A stretch of 36,997 nucleotides of DNA from a virus (taxonomy: Duplodnaviria > Caudoviricetes): IMG/VR virus record IMGVR_UViG_3300002989_000008, positions 1-36,997 of that record; one strand, given 5' to 3'. Made by a program: the position numbers and the translations under genes. Position 1 is the stretch's first letter. Each line of letters starts with the position of its first letter. A model generated the notes under the pieces. It was not told where the DNA came from. It made no database searches and saw nothing but the letters and a program-made list of their open reading frames with translations. Positions 10,706-18,764 of this stretch are shown piece after piece.

Positions 10706-11041
10706 TCAGATATTTATTTTAAGCAAAATTTGAATCATTAATTCAATCGAATAGGCTTTGTATTTATCCGGGATGTCTAAACATTCAATCCGATCATCAT
10801 AACCTGTTCCGTATTCTGATTTGATTTCCCGTACATTACGTTGTTCCATGCATATAATCCGATCAGCCTCTTTCAGATCTTCGGATGTGACATGTTTCCC
10901 TCCATGAATCCTGCAAGCTGCCTGACTGCTTCCCCTGCTCCAGCAATAGTCTCCCCTTGATGCCAGGTTTAGTAACCACGCAGCTGTCACGCTACGATTG
11001 ACATTTGCTGAGCATACCATTAATATATTTTTACCAGCCAT
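10706..11041 (-). CDS. Low-molecular-weight protein tyrosine phosphatase-like protein (111 aa; start reassigned to MAGKNILMVC)
   Basis: P-loop VCSANVNRS (C-x5-R-S); ADRIICME; LDIPD near the C-terminus; ATG at 11041 overlaps the upstream stop. Confidence 0.82.
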   Translation of the reverse strand: MAGKNILMVCSANVNRSVTAAWLLNLASRGDYCWSRGSSQAACRIHGGKHVTSEDLKEADRIICMEQRNVREIKSEYGTGYDDRIECLDIPDKYKAYSIELMIQILLKINI

Positions 11042-11546
11042 TTTTCTTCCTGTTTTGTTCGAACTCTTTATATGAAACCTTCTGTTTTCCCGTAATTGAA
11101 TCAACAGAACCATTGTTGCTCCTGCCGGATGTTGTTGCTGTTGGCTGATTGATTTTATTTCCGGATGCATTGAATGCTTCCACATTGGTGAGAATTGTCA
11201 GTTGTGCCCTGGTCGCAAGGTTTTCAGAAATAATTTCGGATAGTCTTTTTACCTGAGAGAAAAAAGTTCTTGAATACCATGGTTTTGCCTTTCGATTACT
11301 TCCGCCCACCTGATCCATCGTTACGCCATTTCCAACACCCATATCGACAAACTTGCCGTAATAGTTGAAGGCAAATTCAATTTTATCGGGGTTGCCATTT
11401 GCCTGTGTGAAAACATGGATGGCGAAGCTTTTGGCAAGATTTCCGGAGTGATGGATCCGGAGCATTGTAATCTTATTTTCCCAGCGTTCGACGACTATCT
11501 TTGCCCAGGCTTCAACTGTGAGTGAAAGGTTCGTATTATCGGCCAT
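11031..11546 (-). CDS. Putative tail completion/neck protein
   Basis: HHSGNLAKSF, YYGKFVDMGVG and RKAKPWYS motifs reminiscent of HK97 gp10-like proteins; synteny. Confidence 0.55.
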   Translation of the reverse strand: MADNTNLSLTVEAWAKIVVERWENKITMLRIHHSGNLAKSFAIHVFTQANGNPDKIEFAFNYYGKFVDMGVGNGVTMDQVGGSNRKAKPWYSRTFFSQVKRLSEIISENLATRAQLTILTNVEAFNASGNKINQPTATTSGRSNNGSVDSITGKQKVSYKEFEQNRKKNGW

Positions 11547-11549
11547 TGG

Positions 11550-11996
11550 TTAGATTTCAAAGTTTTCGTTTTTCACGATGAACGAAAAAGAGTAGCCGTA
11601 ATATCCATTGCCAATTGGTCCAAGTTTCGCGAAGTCGATCCTGCTCCAGTCAAATCCAAAAGCGATATCACCAAACTGACTGGCATCTTTTCCAAGTTGA
11701 CTGAAGAATTTCTTTCCCAGGGTAAAGGTTAGATTCTGTGCGCGTCTCCGATCGGTGCTATCGTTTAGTTTTGCTTTATCGAAAAAGTATACCGTATTGT
11801 ATTCGTTTGCAAAGTTTCCATTCTCCAGGTCAAGATAACCATCGGCGCTATCCTCCACTACGAGTACCGGCGTTGCCGGGCTGCGAAGGCTTTGTAACAT
11901 ACCTTCCATTTCGGCGAGTCCGGAGCAGGCATATATTGCCTTTATTTCTGGCAATTGTGCGGCTCTACTTTTAGCGTATTCGAGTGCGTCAAACAT
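11550..11996 (-). CDS. Hypothetical virion protein (possible tail terminator); likely start MFDALEY
   Basis: ORF in the head-tail operon; size and position. Confidence 0.55.
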   Translation of the reverse strand: MFDALEYAKSRAAQLPEIKAIYACSGLAEMEGMLQSLRSPATPVLVVEDSADGYLDLENGNFANEYNTVYFFDKAKLNDSTDRRRAQNLTFTLGKKFFSQLGKDASQFGDIAFGFDWSRIDFAKLGPIGNGYYGYSFSFIVKNENFEI

Positions 11997-12756
11997 GGCT
12001 TTGCTGATTTTCAAGTTTCTGATTCAGTTCGTAGAACACCTCATGCACATGCGTGTGGAGGATCTCTTTATTTCGGGTTACATCACCATTGTTCAGCGAG
12101 GTGAATAACCGTAGGATGTGCTCATCGGGTGATGGTATCGAAGTTTCGCCGGTGGTACCATCACCAAACATATAGGGATACTTATCGATGATCCATTTTT
12201 TCAAACCTGAAAACCAGATATACACGGCTGTTTTCGCATGATTGGGAACAGATCGTAAAATATTGACATACATTTTATATTTACGTTCATTCCATTTCTC
12301 ACCGGGCTTCCGGTAGAATACGGCTATCAATTGGTTCAGATCGTCGACTTTCTTAGTTGCAGAATAATTGGCATAAAGCTGATCAGCCAACAGGTATTCT
12401 TCGAGCGTGACACCAAACAACCTGGAATCAACTGGCGATAGTCCTCCCAGCTTTTCCGGCAGGCGACAGAGGCCAACACTATCAATCAACCAACGCAATT
12501 CATCCAGCAGGCTTTTCATTTCGTCAGCTGACAGCGAAAAGACTTCGCCGGTAGGATCCAGAAATTCAAAAAGCAATTCACCATCACCAGTTTCTATACC
12601 ATGTTTCACTGGCTCAATGCCTGTGAAACTGATCATACACCTGGTCAGAAATTCAGGTTCAGAGAGTTGATCTTCGAATAATTTGGCCACAAACAGGAGT
12701 TGTTCCGGTGTGATATCGTGCCATCCGGACGGGGCATGTAAATGTATTTCTCTCAT
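11989..12756 (-). CDS. Hypothetical protein (possible tail assembly chaperone)
   Basis: 255 aa; N-terminal PSGWHDIT and C-terminal GDVTRNKEIL...V motifs; synteny. Confidence 0.5.
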   Translation of the reverse strand: MREIHLHAPSGWHDITPEQLLFVAKLFEDQLSEPEFLTRCMISFTGIEPVKHGIETGDGELLFEFLDPTGEVFSLSADEMKSLLDELRWLIDSVGLCRLPEKLGGLSPVDSRLFGVTLEEYLLADQLYANYSATKKVDDLNQLIAVFYRKPGEKWNERKYKMYVNILRSVPNHAKTAVYIWFSGLKKWIIDKYPYMFGDGTTGETSIPSPDEHILRLFTSLNNGDVTRNKEILHTHVHEVFYELNQKLENQQSHV

Positions 12757-13592
12757 AATCCTGCAAAAAATAAAGGTGAATCAGCATTGTTGATGGCTGT
12801 AACTTTTTGGGATGCAATCCAATTGATATAGATATCACTGTCACGGAATAAGGGATATTTTTCGGGTGAAGCATAAAGCAGCCTGCGGACACGCGAAAGG
12901 TATGACTGTGCGGTTTCCTCCTGTTTCATCGTGAAATTGGCGAATGCAAACCGGAGATTCTCGAGAATCGATTTATTATCTGCAGTAAGATCCCCATCGC
13001 GCAGCTGCTCTACCACCTGATCAGATAATTCCTGGCTGATCACCGGTGCGATCTTTAGGTTGATGGCGTTCAGCATTTCGGGCTTCATCGCCATAAATTC
13101 ACGACGGCTGCCGGGGTAAACCACATAACGCCGGAATTCTTTTACAGTTGTGAGATAAAGATTTGAAAGCAGGGTATAGGCGGGACTTCCTTTCCACTCA
13201 TCGTGATAAGCAACCGTTTCTTCCAGGTACTCGAGTAACGACTCCACCGCTTCATCCAGCTTCTGGTAGGTTGCAGATTGCAGGGCCGCAACTCGTGCCT
13301 GCGATGCCGGTGCAAGATTTGGATTGCTCACCACTGCAAAACCTGATTCGTTCTCTACCAGGTCAAAAAACGGAATCCCATCGCCATATGCTTTATTTGC
13401 GACAATTGCCCTGGCATAATTCAACAGCGCTTCGTCTTCCTCACTAATAATCAGAAAAAGTTCTTTGCCGGTGATTTCTTTTATTAACCATGTTTCAGCA
13501 TCGGCAATGTACTTTTCATACTTTGTGAATTCAGCCGAAAAGATTGTCGGGATATACTGTTTTAAAACATCAATATCACTGATGATTACCAT
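12753..13592 (-). CDS. Putative head-tail adaptor (DUF6712-like)
   Basis: Immediately downstream of the portal; helical 279-aa protein; family recalled from similar Bacteroidota prophages. Confidence 0.55.
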   Translation of the reverse strand: MVIISDIDVLKQYIPTIFSAEFTKYEKYIADAETWLIKEITGKELFLIISEEDEALLNYARAIVANKAYGDGIPFFDLVENESGFAVVSNPNLAPASQARVAALQSATYQKLDEAVESLLEYLEETVAYHDEWKGSPAYTLLSNLYLTTVKEFRRYVVYPGSRREFMAMKPEMLNAINLKIAPVISQELSDQVVEQLRDGDLTADNKSILENLRFAFANFTMKQEETAQSYLSRVRRLLYASPEKYPLFRDSDIYINWIASQKVTAINNADSPLFFAGL

Positions 13593-13595
13593 AGC

Positions 13596-14945
13596 CTATT
13601 TATTTACAGCAGTTTCCTGCCCGGTTTTATTTTTATCGAGTGTTGTGAAAACAGGTTCCGGAATTGCAAACACAATATCCTTATCCCATTTATTATAGAG
13701 CTTTATCAATTCGAGCGGTTTCAACAGGCGGTCCCTGAAGGGTTTCATCAAGGCCTGTTTAATCTGGAAGAGTTCCCTTTTATCGGTACCCGATTGGCTT
13801 CCGGAATTCTTCCCTGGTACTGATCCGATCAATGACGGATGAACACCCATCGCATAACTGATGATATTACTCACCTCCTCCGAATCTTCGAGGTATTCAC
13901 CACCGGCAATCTCCGTTTTGAGCGGAACGATCTCGATGTACTTCTCTTCGGTGGATCCAGATCCCGAAGCAATCAACTTTTTCAAAGCCACAATTCCTTT
14001 CCCGGCATTCTTCTCTCCGGCAAGGAAGTCGCGAAAACGGCCATACTCCAGGGTCTTCCTTGATTTCACCGCTTCAGCATTGGAAGTATCGATACCTTCA
14101 TCTTTAAATATTTCAGTAAAATACTTATCAGACAGGTAAATGATATACTTTAATGCCAATTGATTCTTCAGTAAAGCCTTCTTAAATTCGGGGATCATCA
14201 TCAGGAAGTCGTACCATCCGCTTAGAAAAATACTCCACCAGTACGGATCCTGATAATAGGTTTTCCCGGGAGTAGGGAAGTTGACCGGAACAATAAACCG
14301 CAGCTGGGAGTAACTGCCGGTACTTATCCGTGATACAAGATCCTGGTATGGGTTATAATTATTGAGAACATCTGACTCAGCAATCGTCGTTTTATTCGCT
14401 CCATCGTTCCATTTTGCAGAATAGTAGTGCTTTGTGATGCATCCTTTTTTGGGATCCATTACACCCCACCTGGAGAATGCTGCCTCCTTACTCCGGAGTG
14501 AAACGATTTTACGTTTATCACCGCTCAGGATGATCTCCGGAAACACATTGTAGAAGTGATGCATGTCGGAGAGTTGTTCCAGGAAGAAACCGTTGATATC
14601 GTTTTGTGCAAAGAAATCAACCACTTCGCCTTCATAAATCTCCTCGTAACCTATCAGTTTCTTCCCCTCAAGAATCCTACGCATGGGTTTGATACCCTGT
14701 CCGTAACCAGATTGAATATTAAACAACAGATTCGATTGTACTATTTCGCTCTTTTTGGCTTTCTCAATAATGAGCTGTGGCATATCGTTGCTTGGTCCCC
14801 AGGGAGAAATTGTATAGCCATCAACCGATACTGGCTTCAGGTCTGTTGCTTCTGAAAACATTTCACGGCTCGATTCCATCGCTATTATAGCCTTCGCTTC
14901 AGGGAGGTAGGTAAAACCACCAATCTCTATAAAATTATCACTCAT
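13596..14945 (-). CDS. Portal protein
   Basis: 449 aa; PWGPSNDMPQ, YYQDPYW, NAGKG, MGVHPSLIG and SGTDKRE motifs of Bacteroidota phage portals. Confidence 0.85.
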   Translation of the reverse strand: MSDNFIEIGGFTYLPEAKAIIAMESSREMFSEATDLKPVSVDGYTISPWGPSNDMPQLIIEKAKKSEIVQSNLLFNIQSGYGQGIKPMRRILEGKKLIGYEEIYEGEVVDFFAQNDINGFFLEQLSDMHHFYNVFPEIILSGDKRKIVSLRSKEAAFSRWGVMDPKKGCITKHYYSAKWNDGANKTTIAESDVLNNYNPYQDLVSRISTGSYSQLRFIVPVNFPTPGKTYYQDPYWWSIFLSGWYDFLMMIPEFKKALLKNQLALKYIIYLSDKYFTEIFKDEGIDTSNAEAVKSRKTLEYGRFRDFLAGEKNAGKGIVALKKLIASGSGSTEEKYIEIVPLKTEIAGGEYLEDSEEVSNIISYAMGVHPSLIGSVPGKNSGSQSGTDKRELFQIKQALMKPFRDRLLKPLELIKLYNKWDKDIVFAIPEPVFTTLDKNKTGQETAVNK

Positions 14946-15163
14946 AGCGTAACCTCCTCTCCATTGAATTCGATGACCGAAAGCCGGCGCACCTTGCGGA
15001 TCTGTTCACTGTCGCAAAACTTCAGGTTCATTGTCCGGCCTGCAGAGTGAAACGAAGTGCAGATGCAGCGCGGACCATGGATAATGGCGCCGCTCTTCTC
15101 AACGAATTTGATTGAGAATTCGCCGAGTTCTACTACCTTGTGTAATTGTGAAATGTGCAGCAT
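14942..15163 (-). CDS. Small hypothetical protein preceding the portal (73 aa)
   Basis: Overlaps the portal start (ATGA); preceded by the late-promoter motif. Confidence 0.75.
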   Translation of the reverse strand: MLHISQLHKVVELGEFSIKFVEKSGAIIHGPRCICTSFHSAGRTMNLKFCDSEQIRKVRRLSVIEFNGEEVTL

Positions 15164-15181
15164 AGCTTATCTTTTTTTATT

Positions 15182-15216
15182 GCAAGATAAGCGTGGAGAG
15201 GTGTGGGTTAAAGGAC
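15182..15216 (-). promoter_or_regulatory. Candidate phage late promoter GTCCTTTAA-N18-TATCTTGC for the portal/tail operon
   Basis: One of three identically spaced copies. Confidence 0.7.
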
Positions 15217-15224
15217 AAACCAAG

Positions 15225-15263
15225 CATAAAAAAACCCTGGCGAATGACCAAGGTTGTTTTATG
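15225..15263 (-). terminator. Intrinsic terminator after the DUF4468-like moron
   Basis: Imperfect inverted repeat CATAAAAAAACCCTGG...CCAAGGTTGTTTTATG with a U-tract on the minus strand. Confidence 0.7.
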
Positions 15264-15275
15264 GGTAAAAGGGAT

Positions 15276-15896
15276 TTACCAATTATCTTCTGATTTTTTC
15301 ATTTTTAATTCTAAGGACTTCAATAGTAATTTCATTTCATCCTCTGTCTTGCAAATAATATTATAGTAGGCAGAATTTACAGTACTACTCGCCTTGGCGG
15401 TGGAATTTGAAATCTTTAATCCATTTTTTGATTTTGTTTCATTTATCAACCATTCCGGATCACTTCCATTTTTAAAGTACTCTTTTTGAGAGACAAATTC
15501 GGCATATGTTTTTTGAGGTATTTTACTCTGCCCACCCATTGTTTCCGCAGATGGATTTACAATCATGTCTGAAATATCTACTTTATATTTATTGTCTTTT
15601 TGCGCAATGGAAACTGTAAAGTCGACATCAAAAATTAACTTACAAGGAATTCTTACAAGACCAGGCATAACATATGCTTCTGAGACAGTAGTAGACCCTT
15701 TACCAATTATTTTACCGTTTGTTGGATCATCCATCTGTATCACATTATTTGCAGATTTAAAGGTTAATGCAATCCATTCTTTTGCACTGGCATAAAGCTG
15801 ATTTGCAGTTTTACCTGGAACATCAACAACTTCGGTATATTGTTGTGCTATCGAAATTAATGGAGCAAATAATAAAATAAGCAATAATTTTTTCAT
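15276..15896 (-). CDS. Exported DUF4468-like protein (moron)
   Basis: Signal peptide MKKLLLILLFAPLISIA; YTEVVDVPGKTANQLYASAKEW...VIQMDD...KIIGKG pattern; AT-rich; own promoter and terminator. Confidence 0.72.
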   Translation of the reverse strand: MKKLLLILLFAPLISIAQQYTEVVDVPGKTANQLYASAKEWIALTFKSANNVIQMDDPTNGKIIGKGSTTVSEAYVMPGLVRIPCKLIFDVDFTVSIAQKDNKYKVDISDMIVNPSAETMGGQSKIPQKTYAEFVSQKEYFKNGSDPEWLINETKSKNGLKISNSTAKASSTVNSAYYNIICKTEDEMKLLLKSLELKMKKSEDNW

Positions 15897-15924
15897 CGTA
15901 AATTTGATTTTAAGTTTTGTACTG

Positions 15925-15932
15925 CAAACTTA
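15925..15932 (-). promoter_or_regulatory. Bacteroidota -7 promoter element (TAAGTTTG) for the moron
   Basis: Exact TAnnTTTG match ~30 nt upstream of the ATG. Confidence 0.65.
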
Positions 15933-16162
15933 ACAGAAAAATTCCTTTGTAAATAGTGAAATGAAATGAAACGGCTTTTTGTAAAGATTGGAAAGCTGGC
16001 AAAAATAAAATAAGCAAATACGATAGAGCGACCTGAACGAAGTACAGTTTTTTTGCACACAAAAAATCCGGCCAGATATGGACGGAGCGTCGCGGAATTC
16101 CGCTTCCAGGCGTGGCGGATCAGGCACAAGCCATCCGCACAGCGTTTCTATAAAATCAAACT

Positions 16163-16615
16163 TTATAATAAACCTTCATCGGCAAAAGAATAAAATCCCT
16201 GTGCTGTTATTATCATGTGATCTAAAAGGGCAATATCCTGAAATTTACAAGCTTCTTTTATTGATCTGGTTATTTTAATATCTGCCTCGCTTGGGGTCGT
16301 GTTTCCGGATGGGTGGTTATGGGCGATAATAATACTGCTTGAGTTTGAAAGTATTGCAGCCTGCAAAACTATTTTTACATCAACAACACAGCCGGCAGTA
16401 CCTCCAATTGAAATATTAATAATTCCTTTTACCCTGTTTGCCCTGTTTAATAGCATGATTTTGAATCGTTCAATATATTCAAGGTCCTCCCAACTTTCCG
16501 CTAAACATCGGGCAGCAAAATTACTTCCTGAAATCATGGGCGCTGTCTTAATATCTATTTTAGGGTTATAACTCATTTTCACTTCTGCAATTTGAAAATC
16601 TTTTAAAAGTTTCAT
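16163..16615 (-). CDS. radC: RadC-like JAB/MPN domain protein
   Basis: ERFKIMLLNRANRV, HNHPSGNTTPSEAD and LLDHMII: JAB motif E...HxH-x7-S-x2-D. Confidence 0.92.
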   Translation of the reverse strand: MKLLKDFQIAEVKMSYNPKIDIKTAPMISGSNFAARCLAESWEDLEYIERFKIMLLNRANRVKGIINISIGGTAGCVVDVKIVLQAAILSNSSSIIIAHNHPSGNTTPSEADIKITRSIKEACKFQDIALLDHMIITAQGFYSFADEGLL

Positions 16616-16640
16616 AATGTGATATTTAAAAAGTTAATAG

Positions 16641-17060
16641 TTAAATCATTGATTCGTCAAAAATCGGGGCGGTTGTGCGTTGGTGGCTTGGTTGCTCCTG
16701 CTCGGGTTGCTTCTCCTTTTCCGGTCTGAATACCTGCGTATTTGCGAAAAGGTAACAAAGCGGCCAATATTTATAATCCTCCGGTTCGTCGCTTCCTTCG
16801 GCTATTTGTGAACCTTTGCGCGGTTGTCCCCAGATTAGAAAAGCTTTTGAACCTTTATTGATTGTATAACCTTCATCCTTCCATTGCCAAAAAGTTCTAA
16901 ACTCTTCAATGTTGGAATCTGACTTTTCGTAAATTTCTTTTAATCCTTCGTTCACGCTGTCGAGTGCTCCCGCTTTAACTAATACCCTTAAACCTGCTGA
17001 AATCTGAATCAAGGCGGTGCGGTTTGCCTTGTATTGTTCTTTTTTACTATCTTTGTTCAT
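16641..17060 (-). CDS. ArdC N-terminal-like ssDNA-binding domain protein
   Basis: FRTFWQWKDEGYTINKGSKA...LFANTQV matches the TFxQW..G..VxKGxK...F...Q signature; no metallopeptidase half. Confidence 0.75.
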   Translation of the reverse strand: MNKDSKKEQYKANRTALIQISAGLRVLVKAGALDSVNEGLKEIYEKSDSNIEEFRTFWQWKDEGYTINKGSKAFLIWGQPRKGSQIAEGSDEPEDYKYWPLCYLFANTQVFRPEKEKQPEQEQPSHQRTTAPIFDESMI

Positions 17061-17093
17061 CGCTTAATTTATTGAGTGGTAAAATTTGTCTTA

Positions 17094-17125
17094 GGGGGCT
17101 GCAGGAGTGCAACCCCCTTTTTTTT
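17094..17125 (+). terminator. Hairpin plus T8 oriented to terminate a plus-strand (antisense) transcript
   Basis: GGGGGCTGCA-GGAG-TGCAACCCCC followed by TTTTTTTT. Confidence 0.55.
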
Positions 17126-17603
17126 ATGCTTCTATTTGTGCAGCCAATTCCAAACGTTTAACGTCTATCCTTCCCATCATAAAGGCTATAACCTCACCAA
17201 TGATAACGGGGTTTTTCAACAGAAAAATGTTTGCTTTCCTGTATGAACCAGTTCCACCCTCTACCGTTAAAGAATAATCTTCTGTTTCAAAATCGTTAAT
17301 TACTGCAATCTCATGTAATTTTTGGGTGTGTACTTCCAATGCTTCAGTATTGGCGTTTAATATTGCCAGGCGTCGGATAAGATCTTTTTTCTCGTTAAAG
17401 TACTTGATTCGATCATCAAGATTTTGGGGAATGGCTAAAAGCCGTTTTTTCAATTCAAGAACCTGCGTTTTTAGTTCTTCTACGCTTTCGGGTTGCTCCT
17501 GGGCGGTTGGGTTCACCATCTCGGAAATGGTTGCCTGTGTAAATTCCTGGGCATTCTTGCCCCCTTCTACCTTTACCAAGGTAGTTTCTTTTTTCTGTAC
17601 CAT
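17124..17603 (-). CDS. Hypothetical coiled-coil protein (159 aa), first gene of the ArdC/RadC cassette
   Basis: ORF with AT-rich leader and upstream promoter. Confidence 0.75.
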   Translation of the reverse strand: MVQKKETTLVKVEGGKNAQEFTQATISEMVNPTAQEQPESVEELKTQVLELKKRLLAIPQNLDDRIKYFNEKKDLIRRLAILNANTEALEVHTQKLHEIAVINDFETEDYSLTVEGGTGSYRKANIFLLKNPVIIGEVIAFMMGRIDVKRLELAAQIEA

Positions 17604-17668
17604 CGTTTAAAATTTAAAATGAGTAAAATTTGTCTTTAGATGTAAGTGGTTACCCTCTTAAATCTTCT

Positions 17669-17700
17669 TAAAAGTACTACTATTAAACGACTTGTGCAAA
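17669..17700 (-). promoter_or_regulatory. Host-type promoter TTTG-N20-TACTTTTA for the ArdC/RadC cassette
   Basis: Matches the Bacteroidota -33/-7 consensus with one mismatch. Confidence 0.6.
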
Positions 17701-17809
17701 TATTTATACGAATTATAAAACAGTTAATCAGGTAGTTATATAATTTTATAGGGTGGTTTTGCGGTGTGATTTCGTAGGATAAAGCAAAATTTATTTTTGT
17801 GAAAAAATG

Positions 17810-18111
17810 ATTACCGGCATCAAAATAATTCAAATGTCGCTTTCTGATAGCTTCGATTTTTGACCGAAAAAAATATTTTAAGCCGGTATCAAAGTATTTC
17901 AATGAATTAAAATCTAATATTCAGATATTCAGATTTAAAAAGAGGTTAAAAAGGGGAAGGTTTTCCCCTTTTCTGTCAGAAGACCCCGCCCCGCCCTGCG
18001 TGGAAATGTCATTATTTTTTACATAATTTTACGGTATATGCATGAGTGTTTAGAACGATTCTAAACAGGGCGCGCCGTACAGGAGATGGTGCGCACGCAT
18101 GTAATTACATG
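17810..18111. other. Structured non-coding region, candidate packaging (cos/pac) site
   Basis: Direct repeat at 17814/17883; inverted repeats at 17949-17972 and 18047-18067; GC-rich GACCCCGCCCCGCCC at 17982-17996. Confidence 0.35.
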
Positions 18112-18145
18112 ATGTATGCAATGCTGATAGATAAATGGTGATGGA

Positions 18146-18328
18146 TTACTTAGTGATGGCCTTGATCATCTCCTGTCTAACCCAGGCAATTGATTCCGAT
18201 TCTGTTATGATTCGGGTGGGTTCGATTCCTGTGAGGTCATAGGACTGGAGAGCGATGGCAATGATTTGCTTGATGTCATCAGCTTCAATTTCATAGATCA
18301 ATTGGAACTTACTCATGTTGTGTCGCAT
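18146..18328 (-). CDS. Small hypothetical protein (56-60 aa) under a structured leader
   Basis: ORF downstream of a TATCTTTG promoter; start region embedded in a repeat. Confidence 0.6.
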   Translation of the reverse strand: MRHNMSKFQLIYEIEADDIKQIIAIALQSYDLTGIEPTRIITESESIAWVRQEMIKAITK

Positions 18329-18472
18329 TTAAAATAAGGGCTGTGTGGAGCGACACAACAATATTGCAAGCAGCAAGTATAGTAGCGAGGGACTTTCACC
18401 CATGCTCACAGCCCAGTAAGGTAACTATACCCACTGCTTTAATTGTATTGTTTATGTCGCATGGCAAAGATA
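18316..18472 (-). ncRNA. Putative structured leader/regulatory RNA with alternative pairings
   Basis: TGTTGTGTCGC (18316-26) is complementary to GCGACACAACA (18350-60); third copy ATTGTTTATGTCGC (18447-60); GGGCTGTG/CACAGCCC stem; -7 element at 18465-72. Confidence 0.55.
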
Positions 18473-18521
18473 ACTAATAACTTAATTTATTCCCAATTTA
18501 TTGTTTGTAAAAAAAATGAAC

Positions 18522-18529
18522 TAATTTTG
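18522..18529 (+). promoter_or_regulatory. Bacteroidota -7 element (TAATTTTG) for the plus-strand two-gene moron
   Basis: TAnnTTTG match ~48 nt upstream of ATG 18577. Confidence 0.55.
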
Positions 18530-18576
18530 TATTTGTTTCAAACTAAGAACTTTTAAGCTACTAATACGTTTCCCAA

Positions 18577-18759
18577 ATGGCAAGAGAAAAATCTTCAAAT
18601 AAAATCAAGGATCATAAACAGGAAGAAGAAAAACATAAAGTTTGTAGAGATAGTAATGGTAGGTTTAGTAGTAAGTCACAACATGCCAGTGTAGCGAGTA
18701 GCCAAGCCAGAAAAAAAGGTCGTGGGACTAGCGGTACTGGACCTAGAAAGGAAGATTAG
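18577..18759 (+). CDS. Small basic, likely disordered peptide (60 aa)
   Basis: RDSNGRF and C-terminal GTSGTGPRKED; 5 nt from the next gene. Confidence 0.65.
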   Translation: MAREKSSNKIKDHKQEEEKHKVCRDSNGRFSSKSQHASVASSQARKKGRGTSGTGPRKED

Positions 18760-18764
18760 CAAAA

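Noticed and set aside
11042-11185. N-terminal extension of the phosphatase ORF given in the ORF track
   Set aside because: Overlaps the upstream gene by over 140 nt; the domain starts at ATG 11041
15893-16278. Overlapping short ORFs between the moron and radC
   Set aside because: Mutually overlapping, cover promoter and hairpin elements, and lack coding character
17636-17902. 88-aa minus-strand ORF
   Set aside because: Non-ATG start, covers the cassette promoter, and its YFDxG repeat simply mirrors the DNA direct repeat
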